Below are positions 39,642 to 51,183 of a stretch of 64,000 nt of DNA, one piece after another. This DNA comes from Mustelus asterias (taxonomy: Eukaryota): NCBI RefSeq assembly GCF_964213995.1, contig NC_135828.1, positions 30,442,001 to 30,506,000 on the forward strand. The letters are read 5' to 3'. The notes beneath the pieces were generated by a model. It worked only from the letters and a program-made list of their open reading frames with translations. It was not told the DNA's origin and ran no database searches. Position 1 is the first letter of the stretch. Each line of letters starts with the position of its first letter. The position numbers were made by a program, and so were the translations under genes.

Positions 39642-40263
39642 GAGTGTATTCCCTTTGTTCAAAAAAATCTCCACTTGACATCTCCGTTCGATGGATAGCA
39701 AAATAGGCTGGCGATATTTAAAGGCAAAGCACTGGGCAGGCCAATACTAGAACTCAGTTGTAATCGTGGATTAAACGACTGAGGTACGATAATGGACAGA
39801 CGGTTCCATGAGAGCGAAAATGTTCTAGGATATGCGGATTAACAAACTATATAGCAGTTGGGTATGTGAATGTTTACTTTTACCAATTAGTTCATGAGAG
39901 TTTAGTGTCGGTGGAGAGGACAACACCTCTTGCCACCCCTAACTGGCGTCGAGGAGCTGATGAGATTACATCTTGAGGTGCTGCAGCCACTTGCTTTAGC
40001 TGCACCATAGTATTGTTAGGAAGGACTTTGCAAATCACAGTGAGGGGGAGGGACGTATTTTCAAGTCATTATGTTGCGTGACTTTATGAGAAATCTGTGT
40101 GGCGTTGTAACTATGCGCCCGGTGTCCTCCCCGTATAGGTGGTAAATTCTGCGCGTTCAGAATGCGCCAACAAAGGGTCTTCAGTGATTTTCTGCAGTGC
40201 ATCTTTCAAATGACGGACATAGAACCCCTGTGGGTCGATGCTCAATTATGACCAGTTAAATTA

Positions 40264-41410
40264 CATAAGAACATAAGAACATAAGAAATAGGAACAGGAG
40301 TAGGCCATCTAGCCCCTCGAGCCTGCCCTGCCATTCAATAAGATCAAGGCTGATCTGAAGTGGATCAGCTCCACTTACCCGCCTGATCCCTATAATCCCT
40401 AATTCCCTTACCGATCAGGAATCCATCTATCCGTGATTTAAACATATTCAACGAGGTAGCCTCCACCACTTCAGTGGGCAGAGAATTCCAGAGATTCACC
40501 ACCCTCTGAGAGAAGAAGTTCCTCCTCAACTCTGTCTTAAACTGACCCCCCTTTATTTTGAGGCGGTGCCCTCTAGTTCTAGTTTCCTTTCTAAGTGGAA
40601 AGAATCTCTCCATCTCTACCCTATCCAGCCCCTTCATTATCTTATAGGTCTCTATAAGATCCCCCCTCAGCCTTCTAAATTCCAATGAATACAAACCCAA
40701 TCTGCTCAGTCTCTCCTCATAATCAACACCCCTCATCTCTGGTATCAACCTGGTGAACCTTCTCTGCACTCCCTCCAAGACCAATATATCCTTCCGCAAA
40801 TAAGGGGACCAATACTGCACATAGTATTCCAGCTGCGGCCTCACTAATGCCCTGTACAGATACAGCAAGACATCTCTGCTTTTATATTCTATCCCCCTTG
40901 CCATATAGGCCAACATCCCATTTGCCTTCTTGATCACCTTTTGCACCTGCAGACTGGGTTTTTGCGTCTCATGCACAAGGGCCCCAGGTCCCTTTGCACA
41001 GTAGCACGTTGTAATTGTCTTCCATTTAGGTAATAATCCAATTTGCTATTATTTCTTCCAAAGTGAATAACCTCGCATTTGTTAACGTTATACTCCATCT
41101 GCCAGATCCTCGCCCACTCACTCAGCCTGTCCAAATCTCTCTGTAGACCTTCTACGCCCTCCACGCGAATCACTTTTCCACTTATCTTTGTGTCGCCTGC
41201 AAACGTTGTTACTCTACACTCAGTCCCCTCCTCCAGATCGTCTATATAAATGGTAAATAGTTGAGGCCCCAGTACCGATCCCTGCGGCACGCCACTAGTT
41301 ACCATCCGGCAACCAGAAAAACACCCATTTATTCCGACTCTCTGCTTCCTGTCGGATAGCTAATCCCCAATCCACGCTAACATCCTACCCCCAACTCCGT
41401 GTGACCCAAT
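40264..41410 (-). mobile_element. CR1 LINE, 5'-truncated
   Basis: ORFs 40365-40976 and 40934-41305; same lineage as 24239-25800. Confidence 0.93.
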
Positions 41411-42160
41411 GAGTGGATGATGTGCTCACCAAGCGGGCTGCCTTGTTCTGGATGAGATGGTTAACTATTATTGGAGTCACATTCAGTCGGGCAAGAGAAA
41501 ATTATTGCAGCACACGGCTGAGACGTGCAATGTAAATGTAACTTCGGGGAGTCAAGAAGTGACTTCCTTGTCGCAGACTTGAAAATTCGCAGCTACACTT
41601 GCTGCTACAGTCCTTAGGGGCTCGCTCATATATACTGTTGTAAAATCCAGAATGACTGTGGTGTGTAGTGTGTAATGGGAACTCTCCATTATTTGCAAAA
41701 GTGTTGCTTCATGTTTACATCAACAATTATCCGAAAAATGTTTTAAAAATGACCCGACTGCCATCTCCCTATGGAACGAGGAGTTTGGTATACCCAATGT
41801 CGGTATGGTTACGTTTGCGTTAATGCTTTGTTCGTTACAAAGTTTTGTACTTCACGTTGGACTGTCAGTAGCTCCCTAGATTAATAAATTAAATTGAGAC
41901 GACGGCAAATAATCCTATTTTTGCAGACTGCCCTTCGTTTTTGTGGACTATTTGCTCTTTTTTTGCGAATTTAGCGTTGCGTGTGACGTAATTGGTGTGC
42001 ATGGCCCGGCATCCATTATTTGAAGGAGCATTGAATCTACGCAAGCTGCAACTACCTCTTGCTTCTGGAAAAAAAAGCATTTCGGTGTTCTGCTGCGGTA
42101 TTCTTCTTTGATTTGTGATGCTCAAAACCCGTCATGATATGGAACTGGTCTTTTACTTAA

Positions 42161-43153
42161 CATAGAACATAGAACATAGAAAGCCACAGCACAAACAGGC
42201 CCTTCGGCCCACAAGTTGCGCCGATCACATCCCCACCTCTAGGCCTATCTATAGCCCTCAATCCCATTAAATCCCATGTACTCATCCAGAAGTCTCTTAA
42301 AAGACCCCAACGAGTTTGCCTCCACCACCACCGACGTCAGCCGATTCCACTCACCCACCACCCTCTGAGTGAAAAACTTACCCCTGACATCTCCTCTGTA
42401 CCTACCCCCCAGCACCTTAAACCTGTGTCCTCTCGTAGCAACCATTTCAGCCCTTGGAAATAGCCTCTGAGAGTCTACCCTATCCAGACCTCTCAACATC
42501 TTGTAAACCTCTATCAGGTCACCTCTCATCCTTCGTCTCTCCAGGGAGAAGAGACCAAGCTCCCTCAACCTATCCTCATAAGGCATGCCCCCCAATCCAG
42601 GCAACATCCTTGTAAATCTCCTCTGCACCCTTTCAATGGCTTCAACATCTTTCCTGTAATGAGGTGACCAGAACTGCGCGCAGTACTCCAAGTGGGGTCT
42701 AACCAGGGTCCTATAAAGCTGCAGCATTATCTCCCGACTCCTAAACTCAATCCCTCGATTAATGAAGGCTAGTACGCCGTACGCCTTCTTGACCGCATCC
42801 TCCACCTGCGAGGCCGATTTAAGAGTCCTATGGACCCGGACCCCAAGGTCCTTCTGATCCTCTACACTGCTAAGAATGGTACCCTTCATATTATACTGCT
42901 GCTTCATCCCATTGGATCTGCCAAAATGGATCACTACACACTTATCCAGGTTGAAGTCCATCTGCCACTTCTCCGCCCAGTCTTGCATTCTATCTATGTC
43001 TCGCTGCAACTTCTGACATCCCTCCAAACTATCCACAACACCACCTACCTTGGTGTCGTCAGCAAACTTACCAACCCATCCCTCCACTTCCTCATCCAGG
43101 TCATTTATGAAAATGACAAACAGCAAGGGTCCCAGAACAGATCCCTGGGGCAC
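42161..43153 (-). mobile_element. Young CR1, 5'-truncated
   Basis: Uninterrupted ORF 42245-43153; absent from duplication copy B. Confidence 0.94.
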
Positions 43154-44157
43154 TTAGTGCAACAACTTATTTTTGCATTGCGCCTTTTTTATATAATGGA
43201 AGGTCGCAATGTTTTTCCCATGCGTATTATTAATCTAATTTGATGCCGAGTCAGTTGTGGAGTTAACAGGCCAGATCAGTCAAAACTTGGGAAACATATA
43301 CAGGTTGTGGTAAATGAAAAAAAAAACAAGGCAAAGAGGAGGAAAGTGGTAAAGCCGGAATTTGAGAGCTTATGGCTTCGGCGACGAAAGCACAATTATT
43401 AATCTTGAAACAACCATAATTGGGAATTTTCTCAAGGGTGAATGGGGCACAGCTATTACGACGACTTAGGTGGTGAAAGTCGTTTACAGAGATATGCTGC
43501 AAGGCCATGGAAAGGTTAAATATGCAAAGTTTCAAAATCAAAGTGTTTCTCAATCAACACTCAGTGTAAGTCAATGGCCACAGTGGCAACAGGCGGAAAT
43601 GACCTGTTGTGAGTTAATACACACGGGCAGCAAAGTTCCTGATGGCCTCAAGCATGAGAAGGGTAGGGTGTGGGAGAAAAGCAAGGAGAGGTGGCAAAGT
43701 CCAGCCTAGAGATAAGAAAGGCGTGGGTGAGTGTTTCAGCAGCAGAAGGATTGAGACAGTGTGGAATTGGAAATAGAGACCAGAGTGATGATCACACAGT
43801 GCGTGATAAGGCGATAGGACGAATTGATTAATCAATGACTTCTTGTGTAAATTCTTATTGGATTAACAAAAGTGGAAATTATATCATGGCTTTGCTAGAA
43901 TATATAAGAATATCTGCATGGATTGGCAGCAACGTTTCCAACAAATGGCCACAGATACAACAGAATTTACGTTGATTAATTGAAACTTGTTTTAAAGGGA
44001 GAGACGTTGCCGAAATTCTTCGAATTGTATTCATCATGATAATCGCAAATGTGTCGAATTTCAAAAGAATATAGCAATGAAAAATACCATGGGAGCAACA
44101 ATTCTAACTGCATAACAGGTACACTCCGATTGGCTGAGGTATTGCCAAGTCGAAAGA

Positions 44158-44488
44158 GGGGTCTGGATAGGGTGGACTCTCAGAGGCTATTTCCAAGGGC
44201 TGAAATGGTTGCTACGAGAGGACACAGGTTTAAGGTGCTGGGGGGTAGGTACAGGGGGGATGTCAGGGGTAAGTTTTTCACTCAGAGGGTGGTGGGTGAG
44301 TGGAATCGGCTGACGTCGGTGGTGGTGGAGGCAAACTCGTTGGGGTCTTTTAAGAGACTTCTGGATGAGTACATGGGATTTAATGGGATTGAGGGCTATA
44401 GATAGGCCTAGAGGTGGGGATGTGATCGGCGCAACTTGTGGGCCGAAGGGCCTGTTTGTGCTGTGACTTTCTATGTTCTATGTTCTAT
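44158..44488 (+). mobile_element. Young CR1 3' fragment
   Basis: Encoded tail is identical to that of 42161-43153; absent from copy B. Confidence 0.92.
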
Positions 44489-44802
44489 ACACTGGTCCGC
44501 ACACTGGTTGATAATTGAAAACAAAAGCAGCGTCGTAAAAATGTTTTCCCTATAGAATAGAGGTAATTGGCTAAAGATTTGTGTTACATCCGGAAAGCCC
44601 CATTGCGAGCTCTCTGAATAATAATTAACCAAATGCAGTCATAAAGACTCTATTATTTAGGAAGATTTATTTTAAGGATCAGAAAATAATGCCCCAAGTG
44701 ATATCATAATCAACAGAGCACGAATTTTTTAAGACAGGTGGACAAATACTTTAAAAGGCAGCGGTTGCAGAATTGTCCGGGATGAGCAGATGAGAATGAG
44801 CA

Positions 44803-45050
44803 GGGCGGCACAATAATAGAGTGGTTAGCACTGCTGTCTCACAGCGCCAGGGACCTGCGTTCAATTCCGACCTCGGTTTACTATCTCTGTGGAATTTGCA
44901 CGGCGTGTCTAGGTTTACTCCGAAAGACGTACTAGTTTGGTGCATTGGCCATGCTAAATTCTCCCTCAGTGCATCTGGACAGGCGCCGGAGTGCACTTGG
45001 TAAAGGTTTTTCACATTTATTGTGTCTTAATGCAAACCTACTTCTGAATT
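44803..45050 (+). mobile_element. Old V-SINE (orthologous copy at about 54802-55050)
   Basis: GGCGGCAC..GTGGTTAGCACTGCTGTCTCACAGCGCCAGG head at the same position in both duplication copies. Confidence 0.75.
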
Positions 45051-46277
45051 CATGTTACAATTGAGATGCGGCGACTGGCAGGTTAGGTCAGTTGGTTAGA
45101 CCTCCACAGCGTTGCTTCCATTCCCGTTCTGGCTGTGGTTATTAATAAAGTCCCCGCCTTCTCAAGCTTGCCTCTCACCTGAGGGTAAGATGCTTCAGAG
45201 AGTGTTTGCAGACTCGATGCCACTTCTGCAGTGCAGGAATTTTGTAATTCAATTATGCCACGTGGTGTAAGTGCACCCAAAGATTTGAGTCCAAGATTTT
45301 GAAATAGGGACAACATTGTCAATAATAGGCACTGGATTTATTGGCCATTATTACAAAGAATTACAGGGATGTCGTCCCTGGTGTCAAACAACAACAAAGC
45401 GATTTCACTGAAAATTAAGTATAAAGCCTCACTCATGGGGCGAATGTTAGTTTGAGGAAAATATCCCGGTCAATTGCATTACAACAGTTTGTTTTCTTTT
45501 TGAGCGCTCTTGAGAGCAAAGGTGCTGGTATGGAGTGAGACCATAGCAATGGCAACGAAAATTCAACGTTCCTTCCTTAAACGATACAATGATCTCTGGT
45601 GTAATTAAGCACTCAGGCAATCAATTCGACTATCAATGTAGAATGTTTCATTTTCCAACTTACAGCGTCACTCTTGCTCACAGGGAGTTTCAGTCTTGTC
45701 ATCAACATTTTGCAAACAGAACGAACGGTCTTCAGAGACTCATTGCTTCATACACCCTAAGCCGCAGGGCCACCTTTATTTAACGGACCGTTTTGAAGTA
45801 CATGTCTAGCTGATTTTTGTTGACCTACCAATTTGCCATTGATCCATAACCCTTTATTCAAGTGCACTTCCAATTATGTTGTGGAAGTTTCCAGTTAGCT
45901 TAGTATATAGTTATAGTTACTTTGCCGTTTATCTGAAAATTATTCCTCTGATTAACAGTTATTTTCAAGCTGATGTATTCCCTTATTTAATTGGTTAAAA
46001 CAATTCATGATTTTGAGTACCTCAATTCAACCTTCCTTCATGTCACCTAATCTGGGGATGTCTGGGTTACATTTTTTGGTCTCTCTAAATAATGTACATG
46101 TCGACAAAGCGGGTAAATAACAACGGTTCGATGTGTGAGAAACTGTCCGTGCACCTGGAGTCAATTGAAAATTGCATTCCAAAGATGCACATCTATTCAT
46201 CTTAGCTTTAGAAATGAGAAATAACTATCTGCTTTGCTTTGGTGGGCAAGAACATTTTGTATCGGATGCCCTTGAAA

Positions 46278-46291
46278 TGACGTCACTTCCG
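46278..46291 (+). promoter_or_regulatory. CRE/decamer plus Ets-like promoter element of V5
   Basis: TGACGTCACTTCCG, 112 bp before ATG 46390. Confidence 0.75.
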
Positions 46292-46389
46292 CAGCATACC
46301 ATAAGCCGTGTCTCAATAGCAGAGGAACAACAGGCTGCGAAAGCAGAGCTCGACTGCAAGAGTGAAAGGACGGACCAAAGTTTGTTATC

Positions 46390-47195
46390 ATGTACAGGAG
46401 CCTGTTTTTGCTTCTTCTCCCGGGTGAATGTTTGTTACTTATGTTACTTATGTAGATAATTTGACTGACCTCATTCTGATTTTGGAAACACGGATTTTGT
46501 GTCGCTTCATAAACAATTCAGCTTGTGTGGATTGCTTATGGCTTTCGGTTGGTGAGGCAAAATAAATACAATGCCACAGAGGAAACTTGGATTCATGTTC
46601 GAATGAGAAATGTTTTCCGGACTGTGGCTCAAGGTTGTGGGGCTAGGAGTAACTTGACAGTTCCTTCAGCGTTGAACTGTGTTTCTGAAAATGGCTATAT
46701 CTTTTGATCTAATAAGATATTGTTAAACTTTTAAAAGTATCTGTATCAAACGCGTCTTTTCCATAATGTTGCCGAACATTCCAATCGAGGCAGAGTTGGC
46801 AGCTGTAATTTAGTAAATTGACAAAAACATTCTTGCCATTCTTATTGTCCCAGTTCACATTTGATCTGATCTCTTTCTTATCTGCTTCCCCAGCCCCTTG
46901 TAGGAGTGCCCTCTTGTTCCATTGGTGGAAACGGTTGTCCGTTGTACAGGGGAGTACAACGGAGATGAATTGTTACCAGAACGATACCGACCATAGCTAC
47001 ATGTATTGGTATCGCCAGCGCAGTGGAGCGGGCTTGCAGCTCATAGTGAACTCAATTGGCGTCTCAAAACCCACGGTTGAAGAAGGTTTCAAGGAGAGGT
47101 TTAAAGCCAGCAGACCCAGTTTGAAGTCATGCAACCTGAAAATACAGAGCGTGGAGCCGACTGACACTGCGCTCTATTACTGTGCTGCGAGTGAG
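46390..47195 (+). CDS. TRBV: TCR V gene V5, apparently functional; leader 46390-46423, V exon 46894-47195
   Basis: Leader MYRSLFLLLLP-G|gtgaat; open V ..HWWKRL..MNCYQNDTDHSYMYWYRQ..DTALYYCAASE. Confidence 0.92.
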
Positions 47196-47234
47196 CACAG
47201 TGACTCAAGGGGATGCAAACCCTGGTCAAAAACA
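47196..47234 (+). other. 23-RSS of V5
   Basis: CACAGTG + 23 bp + TCAAAAACA. Confidence 0.93.
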
Positions 47235-47940
47235 TAACTGCCTGCGACGCTGTTTGCCGCAAGTTCCGAAAACACCAGTAAATATTGCTTAAAAAACAAA
47301 CTGACATTGACGTCGTTAGGCGCCGTTTCCAACAACAAACACATTGGATATTTTTTTTCCATAGCCTCTCAGCACTGCCTGAAGTACATTTCGAAATTCA
47401 TGCCCCAACCACGTACTTTCCAAGCACAAATCGAGGAGCCTTGATGATGCGTGCGAGTACTTAAGACAGCGCAATTATCTCAACCTACCTCGCCTGTTCA
47501 AATCTCCTTTATATTTTATCTCGCTGGCTCTCATTTCACAAAGAGCAGCTAAGTAATTCATTGCAAATACATTTCCATATTTCATTTGAAAATTACTACC
47601 GCGTCTCCTGAATGTTTTCAGGCAATGCTTTCCAGCTTTTTATAACTCAACATGTTAAAAAGGCGAAGCATCTCATCATCTACGGGCCTTTTAATTTGAT
47701 CTTTAATCGGTGTCGTGTGTTAGCCAGTCTTGGTGCTAATATAAATGTTTGTCCTTACTCTCGAGGAAAACCTCATCAATGAATTTAAAGTGAAAAATAT
47801 CATCGTCTTCACTGACTGGATGTTGAGAATCACCATAATCACTGCCCCCTGCTTAAAATGAAAGCAGTTTCTCCTGATTTACTCAATCAAAACTCTACAT
47901 ACATTCTATAATTTCCATGTGTTCTGCTCGGCATTCTCCT

Positions 47941-47977
47941 TCACCTGACGAAGGAGCAGCGCTCCGAAAGCTTGTGG
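47941..47977 (+). ncRNA. Minimal type-I hammerhead ribozyme motif in a Penelope-like LTR fragment
   Basis: tcac-CTGACGA-a-GGAGC-agc-GCTCC-GAAA-GC-TT-gtgg: stem I, core, stem II and palindromic loopless stem III. Confidence 0.72.
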
Positions 47978-48529
47978 TTTCAAATAAATGGACTATAGCC
48001 TGATGTCGCGTGATCTCTCATCACATCGAGAAGGCGAAGGATAACGTTATATTCCCATGTATTGTTTTACCAGCATTCCCGATTTTTAAAAACTGATTTA
48101 TAACATTCGCAACGTTCCCTTTGTTAGTTAGAATTGCAGAGGCTTCACTGGCTTTTCAGCTAATGGAAATTCCCGAGATAGATTACGGTGAGCAAACAAG
48201 GAACCCACTAATTGACGACTGAACTTGGAAACATCATCACCTGGAAGTTCCCCTTCACGCCATCCACCGCACTGACATGGAGATAAATCGTCCTTCTTCA
48301 CGATTGCTGAGCCGAAATTATGCAATTCCCTCCCTCACCGCAGTGTGTGTCTGCCGACTCAACATGGACTGCAGGAGTTCAAGAATGCAGCTCACCACGA
48401 CCTTTGGGGCTGGCCACCCCGGTGGCGCCCACATCCCATGAATGAAATAAACTAATAACATGTCAATCGTTCGAACTTTACAACCATCCCCATCGTCCGC
48501 ATATATTGAGGATTACAAGATATCGGCAG

Positions 48530-48850
48530 GTGCATAGGAACAAAGGAACAAACGAACAGGTTTGGGACATTCAGCCCATTGAGCCAGCTCCACCATTCAA
48601 TGAGATCATGGCTGATCTGTACATTTGGCCATATCCCTTAGCACCTTTATCAATGTCAAATTTGGAGATAGCAACTGATCTAACGTTAACTGCCTATTGT
48701 GGAAAAGAGTTCTAACACTCCATCACCACTTGCATGTACAAATGCTTCCTAACATGTGTCGTGAACGGTCTGGTACTATTTTCTAGAAAATACCCCCAAA
48801 TTCTAGAATGTAAAATCAGTGCTCTGCCTTTTCCTGTTAATATCTTGAAG
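48530..48850 (-). mobile_element. Old CR1 3' fragment
   Basis: Degenerate tail (CATTCAGCCCATTGAGCC..CCATTCAATGAGATCATGGCTGATC). Confidence 0.65.
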
Positions 48851-48952
48851 ACTCTGCGTTCTCTACTTCATTGTTATTCTTGCAGTTGCACGAAAAGGAA
48901 TCATCCAATCTGCTTGAATACAGAGGGAGAAAGCTATTGGGTGATCTTGCAA

Positions 48953-48960
48953 TGACGTCA
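48953..48960 (+). promoter_or_regulatory. CRE/decamer element of V6, displaced by a CR1 insertion
   Basis: CTTGCAATGACGTCA; about 106 bp from the ATG once the insertion is removed. Confidence 0.65.
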
Positions 48961-49120
48961 GACACTTTAGGAACATTTAAGCGGTTATTGGATAGGCACA
49001 TGGAGCACACCAGGATGGTAGGGAGTGGGATAGCTTGATCTTGGTTTCAGATGAAGGTCGGCACAACATCGTGGGCCGAAGGGCCTGTTCTGTGCTGTAC
49101 TGTTCTATGTTCTATATGTT
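48961..49120 (+). mobile_element. Short CR1 3' tail inserted in the V6 promoter
   Basis: Matches the reverse complement of about 10135-10292. Confidence 0.9.
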
Positions 49121-49218
49121 CACCTAAACGAATCACGAGATTCGGGGGCAAACGGACTAAAACAAGTGAGAGTTGTTCAAGACTGAGACGTTGAAAGGAC
49201 GGTTGAACTTCTGTGATA

Positions 49219-50673
49219 ATGCTGTCTGCTGCTTTCCTGCAGGCTATCTGCCTGCTGTTCCAAGGTAACATTTCATCCTGCTAATTTAGACCAATCTTTA
49301 TCTGGGTTTGGCTCCTAACACTCGGTACCAAAGACATAATGGGGCAAGTCATTTAGTAGGTTCCTTCTTTGTTCCCAACAATTCTACTCCGGAATTTGTA
49401 TTAGCTGCAAAGCCAGTGAAGCATCTTCTGCAATTTCAACTTTAAAAAAGGGATTTTGAGGAATTTCTAACTGGGTAAATAAAAGCATGATGTGGAGATG
49501 CCGGCGTTGGACTGGGGTAAGCACAGTAAGAAGTCTCACAACACCAGGTTAAAGTCCAACAGGTTTATTTGGTAGCAAATACCATAAGCTTTCGGAGCTT
49601 GCTGCTCCTTCGTCAGATGGAGTGGTCTCTGTGTATGACAGAGACCACTCCATCTGACGAAGGAGCAGCAAGCTCCGAAAGCTTATGGTATTTGCTACCA
49701 AATAAACCTGTTGGACTTTAACCTGGTGTTGTGAGACTTCTTACTGTAAATAAAAGCAACCAGGATAGATGGTAAAAGGTTTAGGGACATAATTAATTGT
49801 TAAGCTTGTTGAAGCTGTTTTTATTTTTAAAAATCTCAGGGTTTGTGCCAAAATTTAGTTTCCATCTCTAATTTTTCCAGAACGGTGTGTGGCCAGCCGC
49901 CTTCTAGCACTGCTTGCAGAGGTAAGGTTGGCAATATCGATTGCTAAACAATCTCATTCTGTATTCATATCTCATTTTTTTCAAGTATTTGTAATCGACG
50001 TTTTCGCTTGACCATGGCAAAAAATGCATTCGTTAGGCTCGAGATCCTTTATTGCTCAGATCGGTGAATAACACCGATAATAAATCGCTGGACTGGCCAT
50101 GGGTGCGAAGCAAGGCAACCGAGGCCGCGTATGCAGCGGGAAATATGGGCAACTGATTGGCATTTTTTTTCGCTGAGTGACTTTTATGGCGGTCAAATCT
50201 ACCTACTTGGCTTCGTTCCGGTGTGAACTTGGCGCAAAAGAATGACCCGTTGCCTGAAAGGCGAGCGGAACGACCAAGAGGTCCATCGTGTGATATGACA
50301 GAAAAATGCTTTTATGTTCTTCGTGTAACACTCCCTAATAGATCCGATCCCTTTCTGATGTCTCTCCACAGTTGGCTGCAGGTGCACTCTCGTATCCCAG
50401 TGGTGGAACCGATTGACCATTGAAAAAGGGAAGACGACGGAGATGCACTTTTATCAGAACGGCAGTGGCGATAGCTACGTGTATTGGTATCGTCAGCACC
50501 TCGGAGCAGAACTCCGGCTCATAGTCACCACCATTGTAGGTTCAACCCCCATGTATGGAAAGGGTTTCACGGAGAAATTTGATATCAGCAGACCCAACCT
50601 TAAGTCGTGCAGCCTGAAAATACAGAGAGTGGAACCGTCGGACACTGCTGTCTATTACTGCGCTGCTAGTGAT
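49219..50673 (+). CDS. TRBV: TCR V gene V6, open frame but first Cys replaced by Phe; leader 49219-49264, V exon 50372-50673
   Basis: Leader MLSAAFLQAICLLFQ-G|gtaaca; V ..SQWWNRL..EMHFYQNGS (TTT at 50449-50451)..WYRQ..YYCAASD. Confidence 0.88.
49582..49620 (-). ncRNA. Minimal hammerhead ribozyme motif (minus-strand mirror copy)
   Basis: Exact reverse complement of 49650-49688. Confidence 0.7.
49650..49688 (+). ncRNA. Minimal hammerhead ribozyme motif, sense to V6 pre-mRNA
   Basis: ccat-CTGACGA-a-GGAGC-agcaa-GCTCC-GAAA-GC-TT-atgg. Confidence 0.72.
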
Positions 50674-50712
50674 CACAGTGACACAAAGCGGTGCCATGCA
50701 AGCTCAAAAACA
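50674..50712 (+). other. 23-RSS of V6
   Basis: CACAGTG + 23 bp + TCAAAAACA. Confidence 0.93.
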
Positions 50713-51183
50713 TACTACCATGCATTGCCAGAAAACGACAGTACAGAAAACTCAAATAAATCTATTTTTGCTGACAGCACTTCTTTTTTGTGGTCTATTT
50801 GTTTCCTCTTGCGAATATAACCTTGTGTGAGACGTATTTGCAGTGTATGACCCGGCATCCATTATTTAAAGGGGGATTTAATCCATGCGAGGGTTCAACA
50901 GACCTGTTGCTTCTGGAAAAGAAGCAGTTAGGTGTTCTGCCACTAGCGAATTCTTTGATTTGTGATGCTCAATATCCGTCACGAATAAGCAACAGGTTTT
51001 TTACGTAATACAACAACTTATTTTTGCATTGCGCCTTTTTTATATAATGGAAGATCGTGATGTTTTTCCCATGCGTATTATTAATCTAATTTGATGCCGA
51101 GTCACTTATAGAGTTAGCAAGTCAGATTAGTCAAAACTTGGCAAACATATACATGTTATCGTGAATGAAGAAACCAAGGAACC

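Larger units (their letters stand above)
41905..46815 (+). repeat. Segmental duplication, copy A (partner about 50752-56505)
   Basis: Colinear similarity of unique sequence, e.g. 43160-43330 vs 51011-51178, 43330-44150 vs 53671-54480, 46424-46815 vs 56075-56505. Confidence 0.88.
49488..49747. mobile_element. Penelope-like fold-back mini-element, copy 2, in the V6 intron
   Basis: Perfect 110-bp inverted arms 49523-49632 and 49638-49747; GTAAATAAAAGCA duplicated at 49475-49487 and 49746-49758. Confidence 0.88.

Noticed and set aside
49522-49550. CACAGTA in the Penelope-like element as a transposon-borne RSS
   Set aside because: No acceptable nonamer at 12 or 23 bp.
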